From positions 1-64,000 of the IMG/VR virus record IMGVR_UViG_3300010430_002753: a stretch of 64,000 nucleotides of DNA; one strand, 5' to 3'. This document shows, one piece after another, positions 33,586 through 43,515 of the stretch. This DNA is from a virus. The position numbers were made by a program, and so were the translations under genes. How positions within the stretch are numbered: position 1 is the stretch's first letter; each line of letters starts with the position of its first letter. The notes below the pieces were generated by a model. The model did no database searches and was not told where the DNA came from. It saw only the letters and a list, made by a program, of their open reading frames with translations.

Positions 33586-35115
33586 TCATACTAAGTATCC
33601 AATGTTTTTATAATATTGCGTTTCTTGTATTATTTGTTCTTGAGTAGCTTTACCTTGTCTAATTTTAAAAACTTTCATAAGTCCGTTAAACCAAGCAGTT
33701 GTCATATCCCCTCTAGTACCTAATGCAATATTACTAACGCCTCCATACCCAGACACAACATCACTTGTCCCAATAGAATTACTATCTACAAATACTTCAT
33801 ATGTTTCGGTATTCATATCCCAAACAATATCAAATTTATGTGCTTTGTTGTCTTTATAATTATTAAGATTGCCAACAGTTTTTGATCTCATCCAAAATAT
33901 ATCATCACTTAAAAATAAGATCCAATCACTAGCATAAGATCCACCTAATACATGGGCTTGTGAAGCTGCATAACCAGAACCTATATTATTTGATAATTCT
34001 GTTATTGCAGTTAATGTAAAATCTATAGTTTCTGTTAAATCTATATTGATGCCTGTATCTATATATGCAGTATTTGTATTTTTAAAGTAAACACCTTGAT
34101 TTAAAAAATCAACATCTACGATTGCTTGGGTTATTTCAGGAGATGTTGCATTAAAAGCACTTTTATTTTTCTTGAAATCGTATTCCATGATAGGAGTAAG
34201 TTCAGCTGCTTTTAATTCTATAAATTCAAATCTTGTAATATTTGTAGTTCCTGCGTCAGCATTTCTTAAATAAAATCCACTATTTTTTCCAATAACTTGT
34301 TCATCAAACACAAAAGTTCCTGTAAGAGCGCCAGTATAGTATCCACTAAAACTATCATCACCAACTCTAAATTCAGTTGATGTAGTATTACCTTCTATAA
34401 TTAATCTATATTTATTACCATTGACAATGGAATAATCCTTTTTAACTCCACCTGCTGCTGTTGTCGTAAAACTATCATTATCTCCTATTGCTCCACCAAC
34501 CATAGACCAACCACTAGTAAAATCCCAATTTAATACTATATTTTCCCCATACCCGGCTGTATTTGTAATACCTTTATGTAATTTATTATTATATAATAAT
34601 TCTACTTCTTCTGCTGTTAATGCTTTGTTGTATATTTCAAACAAATAAAAATCACCAACAAAATCAAAAGCAAGCCCTCCGTTTGTTCCAATAGTAAACG
34701 GATTAAGACCGCTACCATAATCTAATATTATATCTGATATTACAATGTCGTAATCTTGCCCAATAACAATACTACTACTTGTTGACCCATCAACATATGA
34801 GATTCCAGATGAAATTAATATACTATCGTCAGCTTCAATACTACCTAATCCTTTACCATCAAAGTTTTTTGTTCTAAAATCAAATAATACTCTTGCTATA
34901 TCATTATTAGTGCATTTACCTTTTATTCTAACACTGTAATTGCCTTTATGTCTTTTTTGATAAATTATAGATGAAGTAGATAAACTAAAACTACCAACAC
35001 CATTACTCAAACTAACATCAGTCGGAGTTCCTCCATTTTTATGAATTGCGTCAAAACTATTAAATGTTTCACGAAACACACAACTTTTTTCTATATTATA
35101 TAAACTTTCTTTCAT
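33586..35115 (-). CDS. LamG/concanavalin A-like domain protein (fibre/decoration)
   Basis: FVGDFYLFEIYNKALTAEEVELLY; WFNGLMKVFKI. Confidence 0.75.
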   Translation of the reverse strand: MKESLYNIEKSCVFRETFNSFDAIHKNGGTPTDVSLSNGVGSFSLSTSSIIYQKRHKGNYSVRIKGKCTNNDIARVLFDFRTKNFDGKGLGSIEADDSILISSGISYVDGSTSSSIVIGQDYDIVISDIILDYGSGLNPFTIGTNGGLAFDFVGDFYLFEIYNKALTAEEVELLYNNKLHKGITNTAGYGENIVLNWDFTSGWSMVGGAIGDNDSFTTTAAGGVKKDYSIVNGNKYRLIIEGNTTSTEFRVGDDSFSGYYTGALTGTFVFDEQVIGKNSGFYLRNADAGTTNITRFEFIELKAAELTPIMEYDFKKNKSAFNATSPEITQAIVDVDFLNQGVYFKNTNTAYIDTGINIDLTETIDFTLTAITELSNNIGSGYAASQAHVLGGSYASDWILFLSDDIFWMRSKTVGNLNNYKDNKAHKFDIVWDMNTETYEVFVDSNSIGTSDVVSGYGGVSNIALGTRGDMTTAWFNGLMKVFKIRQGKATQEQIIQETQYYKNIGYLV

Positions 35116-35121
35116 TTATTT

Positions 35122-35679
35122 TTATCCTTTGTATGTATGAACACCAACTCTAATAGTCAATGTTGCACCGTTACTTGAACATTTAACTCTAGCCCATATT
35201 TTTTTACTAACTAAAATTCTAGACATTTGAGCTTCTATAGGAACAGCTTCAGCTGCGTTACCACCAGTTCTATAAGGTATTTCTGTGCATAATTCTGCTT
35301 CTCCAAATGTAGTATCTCCACACCAAATTTGAATCATATAATTTTGATCATTAGCACTAGATACATCTATAACTATTCTATGCATATCAAAATATACAGG
35401 TATATCTGGAAAATCTGACGAACTTATATCATTAGCTTCCGATAATTGAATTTCTGTTCCATAAGCTTCACCAGTTCCTGCAGTTAATGTCCATGCAGTT
35501 AAATTGTTAGCTGTACTCATAGAATTGTCACCATCATCGCCATACCATCTTTCTACAGAATGAAAATGCTTTTCTATTTCATGAACTCTGTAAGCTAATG
35601 AATTATGAACGCCAGAAAGACCTTCTGTTGCTTGATTATCTATTTTATTTGTACCTTCTTTTGTCTCAAATCCTGCCAT
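35122..35679 (-). CDS. putative virion beta-sandwich protein, MAGF N-terminus
   Basis: Composition and module context. Confidence 0.55.
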   Translation of the reverse strand: MAGFETKEGTNKIDNQATEGLSGVHNSLAYRVHEIEKHFHSVERWYGDDGDNSMSTANNLTAWTLTAGTGEAYGTEIQLSEANDISSSDFPDIPVYFDMHRIVIDVSSANDQNYMIQIWCGDTTFGEAELCTEIPYRTGGNAAEAVPIEAQMSRILVSKKIWARVKCSSNGATLTIRVGVHTYKG

Positions 35680-35713
35680 TAATTTTCTCCATTAATTGTA
35701 TATTTTTTATTAA

Positions 35714-36016
35714 TCAATCAAAATATACAACATTGTAGCATGTATCTTGTTTTGTTGTGATAAACGCACTAAATTCTGGATGTGAACCGTCTAAAAATAT
35801 AGCTGGACCATCATAATCTCCAAAGTCTAATGTTATATCAGAACTACTTTGGTCAACATCAACACCTTCAGCTGAATCTACTATTTGTTGTTGTGTTAAT
35901 CCTAGATCAACTTTTAGTGTAGTTTCGTTTGTTATTCTAAGTGATGATATTTTTGCTATTTCTGCTTGAAATTGTTCAGTTGCGTCTATGTGTATTGGTA
36001 CTATAATTGTTGACAT
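35714..36016 (-). CDS. hypothetical acidic protein
   Basis: ORF with GAGG RBS. Confidence 0.6.
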   Translation of the reverse strand: MSTIIVPIHIDATEQFQAEIAKISSLRITNETTLKVDLGLTQQQIVDSAEGVDVDQSSSDITLDFGDYDGPAIFLDGSHPEFSAFITTKQDTCYNVVYFD

Positions 36017-36033
36017 AATTTATTCCTCTCTAT

Positions 36034-36603
36034 TTATCTTGTATTACTATATTCTTGATCAGTTCCAGCACTATTAACTTGAAAATGTATATCAAATTCT
36101 TTAGCTAAAATATCTCCACTAACATCACTATCATCTCTATATAATTTTACTTCTATCATACTACTTGGAAATACTAATCCATTTCCATCTATTTCGCCAA
36201 ATGAGCTTATTTGAATTAAATCACCACTAACATAATCATATACACCGCCATTAGTTGATAATGTTGTCCAAGTAGTAGGCGCGTGTCCACCATTTATGTA
36301 TAATCTATAATCTATTTTAAATGTAGGTGTTGCTTCTTGAGATTGCATCCAGTGAATATGTGGTCTTATGTTACTATTCGGTTTTATAGTATGACTAAAT
36401 TGACCAATAATATAAACTATCTCTGAATCAATACCTTCAGGGAATAATAATCCTATGTTTACAAAATCAAAATCTGGTTTTTGCGATTGACCTTGTTTAT
36501 CTCTAGTTAATGGGAATCTCATATCTTCCCATACAATACCATTATCTGAATCACCACTCCATAATTCATAGGGAGTTACTGAATTTGGATTAAATCCTGC
36601 CAT
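36034..36603 (-). CDS. putative virion beta-sandwich protein, MAGF N-terminus
   Basis: WEDMRFP...PHIHW...EFDIHFQ. Confidence 0.55.
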   Translation of the reverse strand: MAGFNPNSVTPYELWSGDSDNGIVWEDMRFPLTRDKQGQSQKPDFDFVNIGLLFPEGIDSEIVYIIGQFSHTIKPNSNIRPHIHWMQSQEATPTFKIDYRLYINGGHAPTTWTTLSTNGGVYDYVSGDLIQISSFGEIDGNGLVFPSSMIEVKLYRDDSDVSGDILAKEFDIHFQVNSAGTDQEYSNTR

Positions 36604-36605
36604 AA

Positions 36606-37055
36606 TTATATTTCTCCTAAAAATGTTAAAAATAATGTTTCATGCGTAACCGTTGTTGTTGTAGTATCGCTTTTTATGTATACTTCGATATAATCACCAG
36701 TATTTAATATTACAAAATTTGTAATAGCGATATCACTTAAACTATTTGCATGTTCAAAATTTGTTGGTGTACTTGCACCTGGTACGATATTGCCATTTAT
36801 ATATAGTTGATATTCTACTCTACAAACTTTATTTGCACTCAAGTCACTAACACCGTTAAATAAGAATTTTACATTACTTTGTCCAAGATATGTTAACTTC
36901 CCAGTGCCGTCATAAACAAAACCTTCATTACAAGTTCCGTCAGACCATATACCGTTTACTCTATAATATTCTCCAGGAGTTGTGCAAATAGTTTCTAATG
37001 CTACACTTAAATGATGACATCCTTTATATAATCTTCTAGGTATAAACCCTGCCAT
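36606..37055 (-). CDS. C1q/BclA-C (TNF-like) domain protein, MAGF N-terminus
   Basis: QLYINGNIVPGAS...VILNTGDYIEVYI pattern. Confidence 0.6.
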   Translation of the reverse strand: MAGFIPRRLYKGCHHLSVALETICTTPGEYYRVNGIWSDGTCNEGFVYDGTGKLTYLGQSNVKFLFNGVSDLSANKVCRVEYQLYINGNIVPGASTPTNFEHANSLSDIAITNFVILNTGDYIEVYIKSDTTTTTVTHETLFLTFLGEI

Positions 37056-37071
37056 AATTTACTCTCCTAAA

Positions 37072-38612
37072 TTAATATCCATAACTAGCTTTAAAAACAT
37101 TCCATGTTTGACCATTCATATAATCTGTTAATACATCATCACACTTTAATAACTCACATGATAGTTGTTGAACTAGTTTATTTTCTGTTGTAGGAATAAA
37201 ATATTCTGCGGGAGTTACTAAATTTCCTTCTACGTCATATTCTGCCGGTGTTATTATTACATTACCATTCATTAAATTTTCTATATCTTTAGCTATATCG
37301 TTGGCTAATTTAAATACTGTTTTTAGATTAGAATAATCTACACCTATACCGGCTTTAAATGCTTCACCAGCTGTCATATATCCATCAGTTAAATTATAAA
37401 TTTGTCTTGCATGTCCTTGATTTAATTCTTTAGTTGATTTCGTTTTTATTTTTTTGTGAAATCTCATTTTTATAATCCTCTATGGTGATTATTAATCTCT
37501 CCATATTTTGTTAATGGAAATTGTTAAATCTCCTGGTGTTGCTCCTATAGTAGAAGACTTTCCTTGAACTTTAACTATTGGAACAGTTCCTTTATCAAAT
37601 TCATAATAGATATTTTGATCTTCATCTGTTAATGTTTTTGAACTAATTCCATCTATAGCAAATTCAGTTCCACCAGTTTCATCTAATCCAACAACTTGAA
37701 TTAAAGAACCAGTACTATTATTATTATCATAACTAACATATACGCCTAATCTATTATATGTTCTCATATCTATTTCACTTCCAAAATCTACATATGAACC
37801 AGTTGTTAAATCTTGTTCAGACACAATTTCAATAGGGTCTGTATAATGATTCCATATTGGATTTTGATCTACTGTTTTTTGTATATCTAGTCCTTGATCT
37901 ATTGTTCTAGGATTAGCTATTACTGTTGCGACTACAACATCACCAGTATCTAAATTTGGTATTAATTTTGGAACCGTTACAGTGTTACCAGATATTGTTG
38001 CATCTTGTAATGATATTGCTTTACCATTAACTAACAAACCACCTGCTTGTATATTTAAAGTTGCTATTGAAAATGGAGCACCAGAAATAGTAAATGTATT
38101 TGAACCAGATACTGCTGTTACTGTGAAATCCTCCATTGCATTTGTATATATTCCGTATGAACTATTTATCATGTCTATTGCTCCTATCCCTATAATGTCT
38201 TTTATAAATTTTGGAGATAATAAAGTTAAACTGTTTAAAAAAATCATCTTCTTGTCTTCTCCAATTGTATATTTTAGTTGTCAAATAATTTTGGTCCTTT
38301 TTTAATATATCCAACAGCAAAACCTGACGCTAATTGAATATCTGAAAAACTTCCGTATAATACAAATCCAGCTGGAAATGTATATAATGTTATATATGAA
38401 GATAAATTGCTATCTACTTCTTCTTCATCAATTAAACTTGCAAATTCTGAATCATTTATAAATTGTATTGCATAATATCTTTGTGTTGTTTCTATTGGTG
38501 TATTTGCATCAAAATATTTTCTTAATGCTCCTGGACCCATACCAGCATTTAACGTTTCTGCAACTGTATATGGATCTTCATCATATTTAACATTTGGATT
38601 ATATCCATTCAT
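37072..38612 (-). other. three further CDSs of the structural module (37072-37467, 37492-38247, 38274-38612)
   Basis: ORFs with GGAG/GAGG RBS; beta-rich composition. Confidence 0.6.
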
Positions 38613-38702
38613 AATATATATTCTCCTTTAAAACTTATCTTTTCTTCTTTATATTATATAAATATTAAATAAATACATTTTTAATATAATAAGTTTTAAA
38701 CG

Positions 38703-38739
38703 AAAAAAAGCCTATTACTAAATTAATAGTAATAGGCTT
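38703..38739 (-). terminator. intrinsic terminator ending the tRNA array
   Basis: AAGCCTATTACTA/TAGTAATAGGCTT stem plus T tract. Confidence 0.85.
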
Positions 38740-38751
38740 AATATAAAATTT

Positions 38752-38827
38752 TGGAGACTGAGTAGGGAATTGAACCCTAAAATAACAATTTTGCAGACTG
38801 CTCCCTTGACCATTCGGGCACTCAGTC
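38752..38827 (-). tRNA. tRNA-Cys(GCA)
   Basis: Cloverleaf; GCAGT-CTGCAAA-ATTGT; CCA encoded. Confidence 0.9.
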
Positions 38828-38859
38828 ATAATTATGTGTGTAATATTTATAAATAAAAA

Positions 38860-38936
38860 TGGGGTGAAGGAGGAGGCTTGAACTCCCATATGCTGGATCC
38901 ACAATCCAGTGCTTTACCAATTAAGCTACCTACACC
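38860..38936 (-). tRNA. tRNA-His(GTG) with encoded G-1
   Basis: CTGGA-TTGTGGA-TCCAG; extra 5' G opposite C73; CCA. Confidence 0.9.
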
Positions 38937-38943
38937 ATAAAAG

Positions 38944-39030
38944 TACCTCTGACAGGGGTCGAACCTGTACGCTCCATTACAGAACCCTGGATTCTAAGTC
39001 CAGGATGACTACCAATTCCAACACAGAGGC
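38944..39030 (-). tRNA. tRNA-Leu(TAG)
   Basis: CTGGA-CTTAGAA-TCCAG; long variable arm; no encoded CCA. Confidence 0.9.
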
Positions 39031-39091
39031 GTATATAAAAAATTTATTTTGTTTATGAATCATAACTTTCTTTTTGAAGCATTTTTACATC

Positions 39092-39331
39092 TTACTGCTT
39101 AAATAATATATCATCCATAATATCTAATATTTCTTGTTTGAATATTGTCCATACTTGTATATAAGGAATATAATATTTTTCATACCTTTGTTTAGAATAA
39201 TTTGCGGTATTTTCTTTGTAACTTTCTAAATGAATATCTATTAATTGGATTAAATGATTTAATTTACATATACTTAATTTTTTTAATTTTGATATTCTTT
39301 TAGGGTTTACACGTAATTTTATGATATCCAT
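39092..39331 (-). CDS. hypothetical protein
   Basis: ORF with AGGT RBS. Confidence 0.55.
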   Translation of the reverse strand: MDIIKLRVNPKRISKLKKLSICKLNHLIQLIDIHLESYKENTANYSKQRYEKYYIPYIQVWTIFKQEILDIMDDILFKQ

Positions 39332-39340
39332 AAATTATAC

Positions 39341-40147
39341 CTACTTATATAATTTTAAAAATTTAAAAAATTTTGGCCATTCTCTTCTAGGTTTCAATAC
39401 TAATATAACTTCTTTCTTATCGAATTGTAATTCAGTAATTACAAACCAATCATCGCCAAAAGTTTTTGCTTTTTCAAATTGTTCTTCAGTTACTTTACAA
39501 GTAACTTTTCTAAATGAATCAGAATACCACTCTTGCATAATAGGATCACTATATTCTGGCCAATGTTTATTAATGGCACATCCAGCATGAGTAGCACTAT
39601 TAATTGAATGTCCAACATCTACCCAATCTTTAATTAAAACATACATTTTTAAAGGCTGTACAGCATTTTTATTGTCGTCTGTTATTTTCATACAATGATT
39701 CCAAGCTTCTACTGTATATCTATTTCCTTCTAAATAATTATTATAATCTGTTTTAGCGAATGCAATACATGAGTTATCGTCATTAATATGAATAACGTAT
39801 CTTTTTTGACTTTTAATATATTCATTATTCCATACATGCATTAATTTAACATCTGTTTTAAATGTTTTATTATTTTTTAATTTCATATTATTTTCCAATA
39901 GTTCTTGAGATTTTTCATAATCATAACTAATATACCAATTTGGATAAAAACATGGTTCGTGTTTAGAATTAAAAATTTTAGTTACTGTTTCCCAATAACT
40001 TTCTTCTTGTTCTAACTTTTCATCATTATGCCATATCCTAAATATATCTTCAACTTCACAATATTCAACACCAATACATAGATCTGGATAAATATTTTTA
40101 ATTTCTTCTATACCATCATTAATACCGTTTATTAATTTATGATCCAT
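39341..40147 (-). CDS. fusion protein with C-terminal peptidyl-tRNA hydrolase (Pth2-like) domain
   Basis: KMYVLIK...GHSINSATHA...EW...FRKVTCKV...LVLKP. Confidence 0.7.
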   Translation of the reverse strand: MDHKLINGINDGIEEIKNIYPDLCIGVEYCEVEDIFRIWHNDEKLEQEESYWETVTKIFNSKHEPCFYPNWYISYDYEKSQELLENNMKLKNNKTFKTDVKLMHVWNNEYIKSQKRYVIHINDDNSCIAFAKTDYNNYLEGNRYTVEAWNHCMKITDDNKNAVQPLKMYVLIKDWVDVGHSINSATHAGCAINKHWPEYSDPIMQEWYSDSFRKVTCKVTEEQFEKAKTFGDDWFVITELQFDKKEVILVLKPRREWPKFFKFLKLYK

Positions 40148-40284
40148 TATAATTCCTTATTCAACTTCTATTAATTCAAAATTAGCAAAATCATATATTT
40201 TATTATTTAACATAAAGAATTTAAAATTAAATTCATTAATATTATATTCATATTAACCTCTATTATAAATTTTTTATTATAAAC

Positions 40285-40317
40285 ATTATATTGTATAATT
40301 AAATAAATGTCAACTAA
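40285..40317 (-). promoter_or_regulatory. sigma70-like promoter
   Basis: TAG-TTGACA-17-TATAAT. Confidence 0.75.
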
Positions 40318-40321
40318 TAAA

Positions 40322-40741
40322 TTATATTTTTTTATTTAATAATCCTTCATATACTTTTCTATAACATAACATATTAGGAATATATCTACTATTATTTCCA
40401 AAATATTCTGAATCATCACCATTAAAATAATTAGATATAGCTGCAGCAACACCAGAACTTCTAGAAATTCCAGCATCACAAGATATAATAAAATCTTTAT
40501 TTATATTACTTAAAATAAATTCTATAATACGATCAACATCATTATCAGAAATTGTATTATATTTATCTATTTTTTCTTCTATATCATAAAATCTTAAATA
40601 TATTATATCACATCTATTTTCATTTTTAAATTCAGTAAACATAGATGGATCTTGTATTGATATAATACAAACATCTTTATCTATTTGTTTATTAAATAAC
40701 TTATTCTGCAAATCTAATTTTGATAAAACTTTTATATTCAT
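40322..40741 (-). CDS. CX5R (tyrosine/dual-specificity) phosphatase-like protein
   Basis: IISIQD, LRFYDI, SCDAGISRS, PN. Confidence 0.8.
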   Translation of the reverse strand: MNIKVLSKLDLQNKLFNKQIDKDVCIISIQDPSMFTEFKNENRCDIIYLRFYDIEEKIDKYNTISDNDVDRIIEFILSNINKDFIISCDAGISRSSGVAAAISNYFNGDDSEYFGNNSRYIPNMLCYRKVYEGLLNKKI

Positions 40742-40767
40742 TAATTATACCTCCATAACTTAAAAAA

Positions 40768-40844
40768 TGGTGGGCCTTGTTGGACTCGAACCAACGACTT
40801 CCTGTTTATGAGACAGGATTTCTAACCAACTGAAATAAAGGCCC
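40768..40844 (-). tRNA. tRNA with CAT anticodon, probably Ile2 (lysidine type)
   Basis: GGGCCTT acceptor; CCTGT-CTCATAA-ACAGG; CCA. Confidence 0.8.
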
Positions 40845-40845
40845 G

Positions 40846-40918
40846 CTTCCCAGACAGGATTTGAACCTGCAACAATTGGATTAGAAATCCAATGCTCATC
40901 CACTTGAGCTTCTGGGAT
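40846..40918 (-). tRNA. tRNA-Arg(TCT)
   Basis: TTGGA-TTTCTAA-TCCAA; A1/A72 mismatch; no CCA. Confidence 0.8.
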
Positions 40919-41025
40919 ATAAAAATAAAAGAAGATAATTTAGTAGTCCAAAATATCTTCAAGAACACTTATCAATTTGAGCTTCATTTTATAGAGAGGC
41001 TTAATAAGTTTATTTTATAGTAAAA

Positions 41026-41113
41026 TGGCGGAGATTATAGGACTCGAACCTATATATCCTTTTCAGAACGCTAGATTAGCAATCTAGTGCAATACCAATT
41101 ATGCGAAATCTCC
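41026..41113 (-). tRNA. tRNA-Ser(GCT)
   Basis: CTAGA-TTGCTAA-TCTAG; long variable arm; GCCA. Confidence 0.9.
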
Positions 41114-41119
41114 AAAAAT

Positions 41120-41443
41120 TTATTTATTTTTTATAAATATTCTTAAACATTCTTTTTTCCAATCAAATCCCCATTGTCGAATACCAATTATGTTAGATCT
41201 TAAGTCTTCAAGTATATTATTTATTTCATATTTTTCTGTTTTTTCTAGTTTGCTATTATTAATAATATTTTGAATTTTATTTATTGACGGACATTGCATT
41301 TGTGGAGATTCATCTATATTAAAATAATTATCTATATTAGGTTTTTTACCAATAATCTTATAAAAATTATCTCTTAATGTTTTATAATATATTATTGAAT
41401 TATATCTAAGTATTTTAACAAATAATCGTTTTAAATATTTCAT
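41120..41443 (-). CDS. hypothetical protein
   Basis: Start set to the ATG after GGAG (the longer ORF overlaps tRNA-Ser). Confidence 0.6.
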   Translation of the reverse strand: MKYLKRLFVKILRYNSIIYYKTLRDNFYKIIGKKPNIDNYFNIDESPQMQCPSINKIQNIINNSKLEKTEKYEINNILEDLRSNIIGIRQWGFDWKKECLRIFIKNK

Positions 41444-41460
41444 ATATCTCCTATTAAAAA

Positions 41461-41546
41461 TGGCAGAGAAGGTGGGATTCGAACCCACGGAGCCGTCACT
41501 CACTGGTTTTCAAAACCAGCTCCTTAAACCACTCGGACACTTCTCT
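41461..41546 (-). tRNA. tRNA-Ser(TGA)
   Basis: CTGGT-TTTGAAA-ACCAG; GCCA. Confidence 0.9.
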
Positions 41547-41561
41547 ATATTAAAAATTTGT

Positions 41562-41758
41562 TTTCTTTTAGATAATGATCTATCATAACAAATATAATTT
41601 AACATCTAATTCTACTAGTTTAAATTAGACTTTATATTTACAAGAATCTACACAACTCTCTTATCAAGATATTGGCTACGCCAGTTTTTGGTCTATTATA
41701 TTAATTACTCTAGAAATAAATTAATACGATATTTTTCAAGATCATTATCTAAAAGAAA
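41562..41758 (-). ncRNA. unidentified ~197-nt structured RNA
   Basis: Perfect 20-bp terminal inverted repeat TTTCTTTTAGATAATGATCT plus internal hairpins; lies between two tRNAs; no ORF in the track. Confidence 0.65.
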
Positions 41759-41759
41759 T

Positions 41760-41835
41760 TGGTGGAGCTGGTCGGACTTGAACCGACGGCCTTCTGCTTG
41801 CAAAGCAGACACTCTTCCAACTGAGTTACAACCCC
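41760..41835 (-). tRNA. tRNA-Ala(TGC)
   Basis: TCTGC-TTTGCAA-GCAGA; G3:U70; CCA. Confidence 0.92.
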
Positions 41836-41843
41836 ATTTTAAT

Positions 41844-41984
41844 TTAATCATTTAAATTTTGTTTTAAATATTTACGTAAAGATTTTCTACCTTTTTTCTT
41901 AAACCAACGTTTATTCTTTGTATGACATTCATCTGGATGCGCTGGTCTTTTTCTTGAATATAATTTCTTTGTCGATTTCTTCAT
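41844..41984 (-). CDS. 46-aa basic protein (not in the ORF track)
   Basis: GGAAGG RBS; MKKSTKKLYSRKRPAHPDECHTKNKRWFKKKGRKSLRKYLKQNLND. Confidence 0.6.
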   Translation of the reverse strand: MKKSTKKLYSRKRPAHPDECHTKNKRWFKKKGRKSLRKYLKQNLND

Positions 41985-41996
41985 AATATAACCTTC

Positions 41997-42733
41997 CTAT
42001 AAATCAAATTGTTTATAATATTTTTCGTCAGACATACTTATTAAATATCTAATTTCTTTATTTACTTGTTGCAATTTAATAATATATTCTGATTCTTTCT
42101 CCCAAAATGAATTTGAAAGGTGTTTTGTTTTAGAATCTTTTACAGACTGTTTAAGTGATTCTAACAATTCTTTTGTTCTTTTCATTAATAATTTCCTTAT
42201 TTTTTATAACTAATTCTAAAGCTATAACATATTATGGAAGAATAATCAAAAAGACTATTTACGGCAGATCTGTTTAACATTTCATTAATCAATTTATGCC
42301 TTGATATTTTTTCTTTATCATATAAATGACTCCATAATAAACATACATTATTTATATGTATTAGACCCTCAACTCTTTCATCGTTGGAAGGGATTTTATC
42401 TAGTTCATATATTAGATTATTATTTTTGAAATACTTATTCAATAATACATTTACAACTACATGATACTCTTGATATCCACCACCTACTGTTATGTTAAGA
42501 AACATGCATTTATCTTTATTAGCTTTTAGTTGATTTATCATATCTAAAGTATCTAACACTTCATAAAGAACATATTGGTTACTTTCAATAATAGATAAAA
42601 ACTCTTTTTCTATATCTGAGATTTCAGCACTTAGTGTTGATTTATACTCTATTTCTTTTTGTATTCTCTGGTTTTCCATTATTGTAGATATATTAAAATT
42701 TCTGTTGAGTAAAAGTAATGGCATTGCAAACAT
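41997..42733 (-). other. two hypothetical CDSs (41997-42185, 42197-42733)
   Basis: ORFs with RBS inside the tRNA array. Confidence 0.6.
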
Positions 42734-42771
42734 TTCAAGCTCCTATTTTGGACAAATTGTCAATATGAAAA

Positions 42772-42847
42772 TGGAGCGAACAGAGGGACTCAAACCCTCA
42801 ACCAGTAGATTGGAAATCTACCGTTCTATCAATTGAACTATGCTCGC
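42772..42847 (-). tRNA. tRNA-Gly(TCC)
   Basis: GTAGA-TTTCCAA-TCTAC; TCCA. Confidence 0.9.
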
Positions 42848-42861
42848 ATAAAATTTAAGAG

Positions 42862-42933
42862 TAGAAAGAATAAGACTTGAACTTATAATATTGGTTCTTC
42901 AAACCAAGGTGTTACCAATTACACTATCTCTCC
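42862..42933 (-). tRNA. tRNA-Phe(GAA)
   Basis: TTGGT-TTGAAGA-ACCAA; no CCA. Confidence 0.8.
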
Positions 42934-42945
42934 AAATGTTTATTA

Positions 42946-43251
42946 TTATAAATAATCTCTTAAATCTATTCCACTACATAAATTATAATAATGATAAATT
43001 TGTTCACCTACGGATTTATAAAGTCTATAATCTTGTTCTTGTGAATGATCAGTTAATTCTAATGTTCTATTGTTATGAGCTTTATTATCAAATATTTTAG
43101 CAAATTCTTTTAAAGTATCATTATTTAATTCAATATTTTGATTATTATTAATAACTTCAATTGCTTTTTTAATACCTTCAATAATTCCCTTTTGTCTATA
43201 CTCTTCATATTTATCAAGATACTCGCATCTTTGACTAAATGTAACGTCCAT
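42946..43251 (-). CDS. hypothetical protein
   Basis: GGAGG RBS. Confidence 0.65.
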   Translation of the reverse strand: MDVTFSQRCEYLDKYEEYRQKGIIEGIKKAIEVINNNQNIELNNDTLKEFAKIFDNKAHNNRTLELTDHSQEQDYRLYKSVGEQIYHYYNLCSGIDLRDYL

Positions 43252-43422
43252 AAAACCTCCATTAGTTAAAAAATGTCTCCAACATTTGGACTGTTTACCA
43301 CTCTTATGGTTATCTATACGCAGAGTATATAGAAGAGTTTGTTCTTATAAGATTAATCAAATTTAAGGAATTTAAACCTATTGCTTGATTAAACAGAGTA
43401 TCAATATTGATATTTTAAATTT

Positions 43423-43508
43423 TGGTGGCACCACTAGGAATCGAACCTAGAAACCTCTCGGTTACGGATTTACAATCCGCTGAGTTCACCATACTACTCA
43501 ATGATGCC
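43423..43508 (-). tRNA. tRNA-Tyr(GTA)
   Basis: GCGGA-TTGTAAA-TCCGT; long variable arm; ACCA. Confidence 0.9.
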
Positions 43509-43515
43509 GTTAAAA

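Noticed and set aside
40925-41020. Possible small RNA between tRNA-Ser(GCT) and tRNA-Arg
   Set aside because: Only two short imperfect hairpins; not distinguishable from chance by eye
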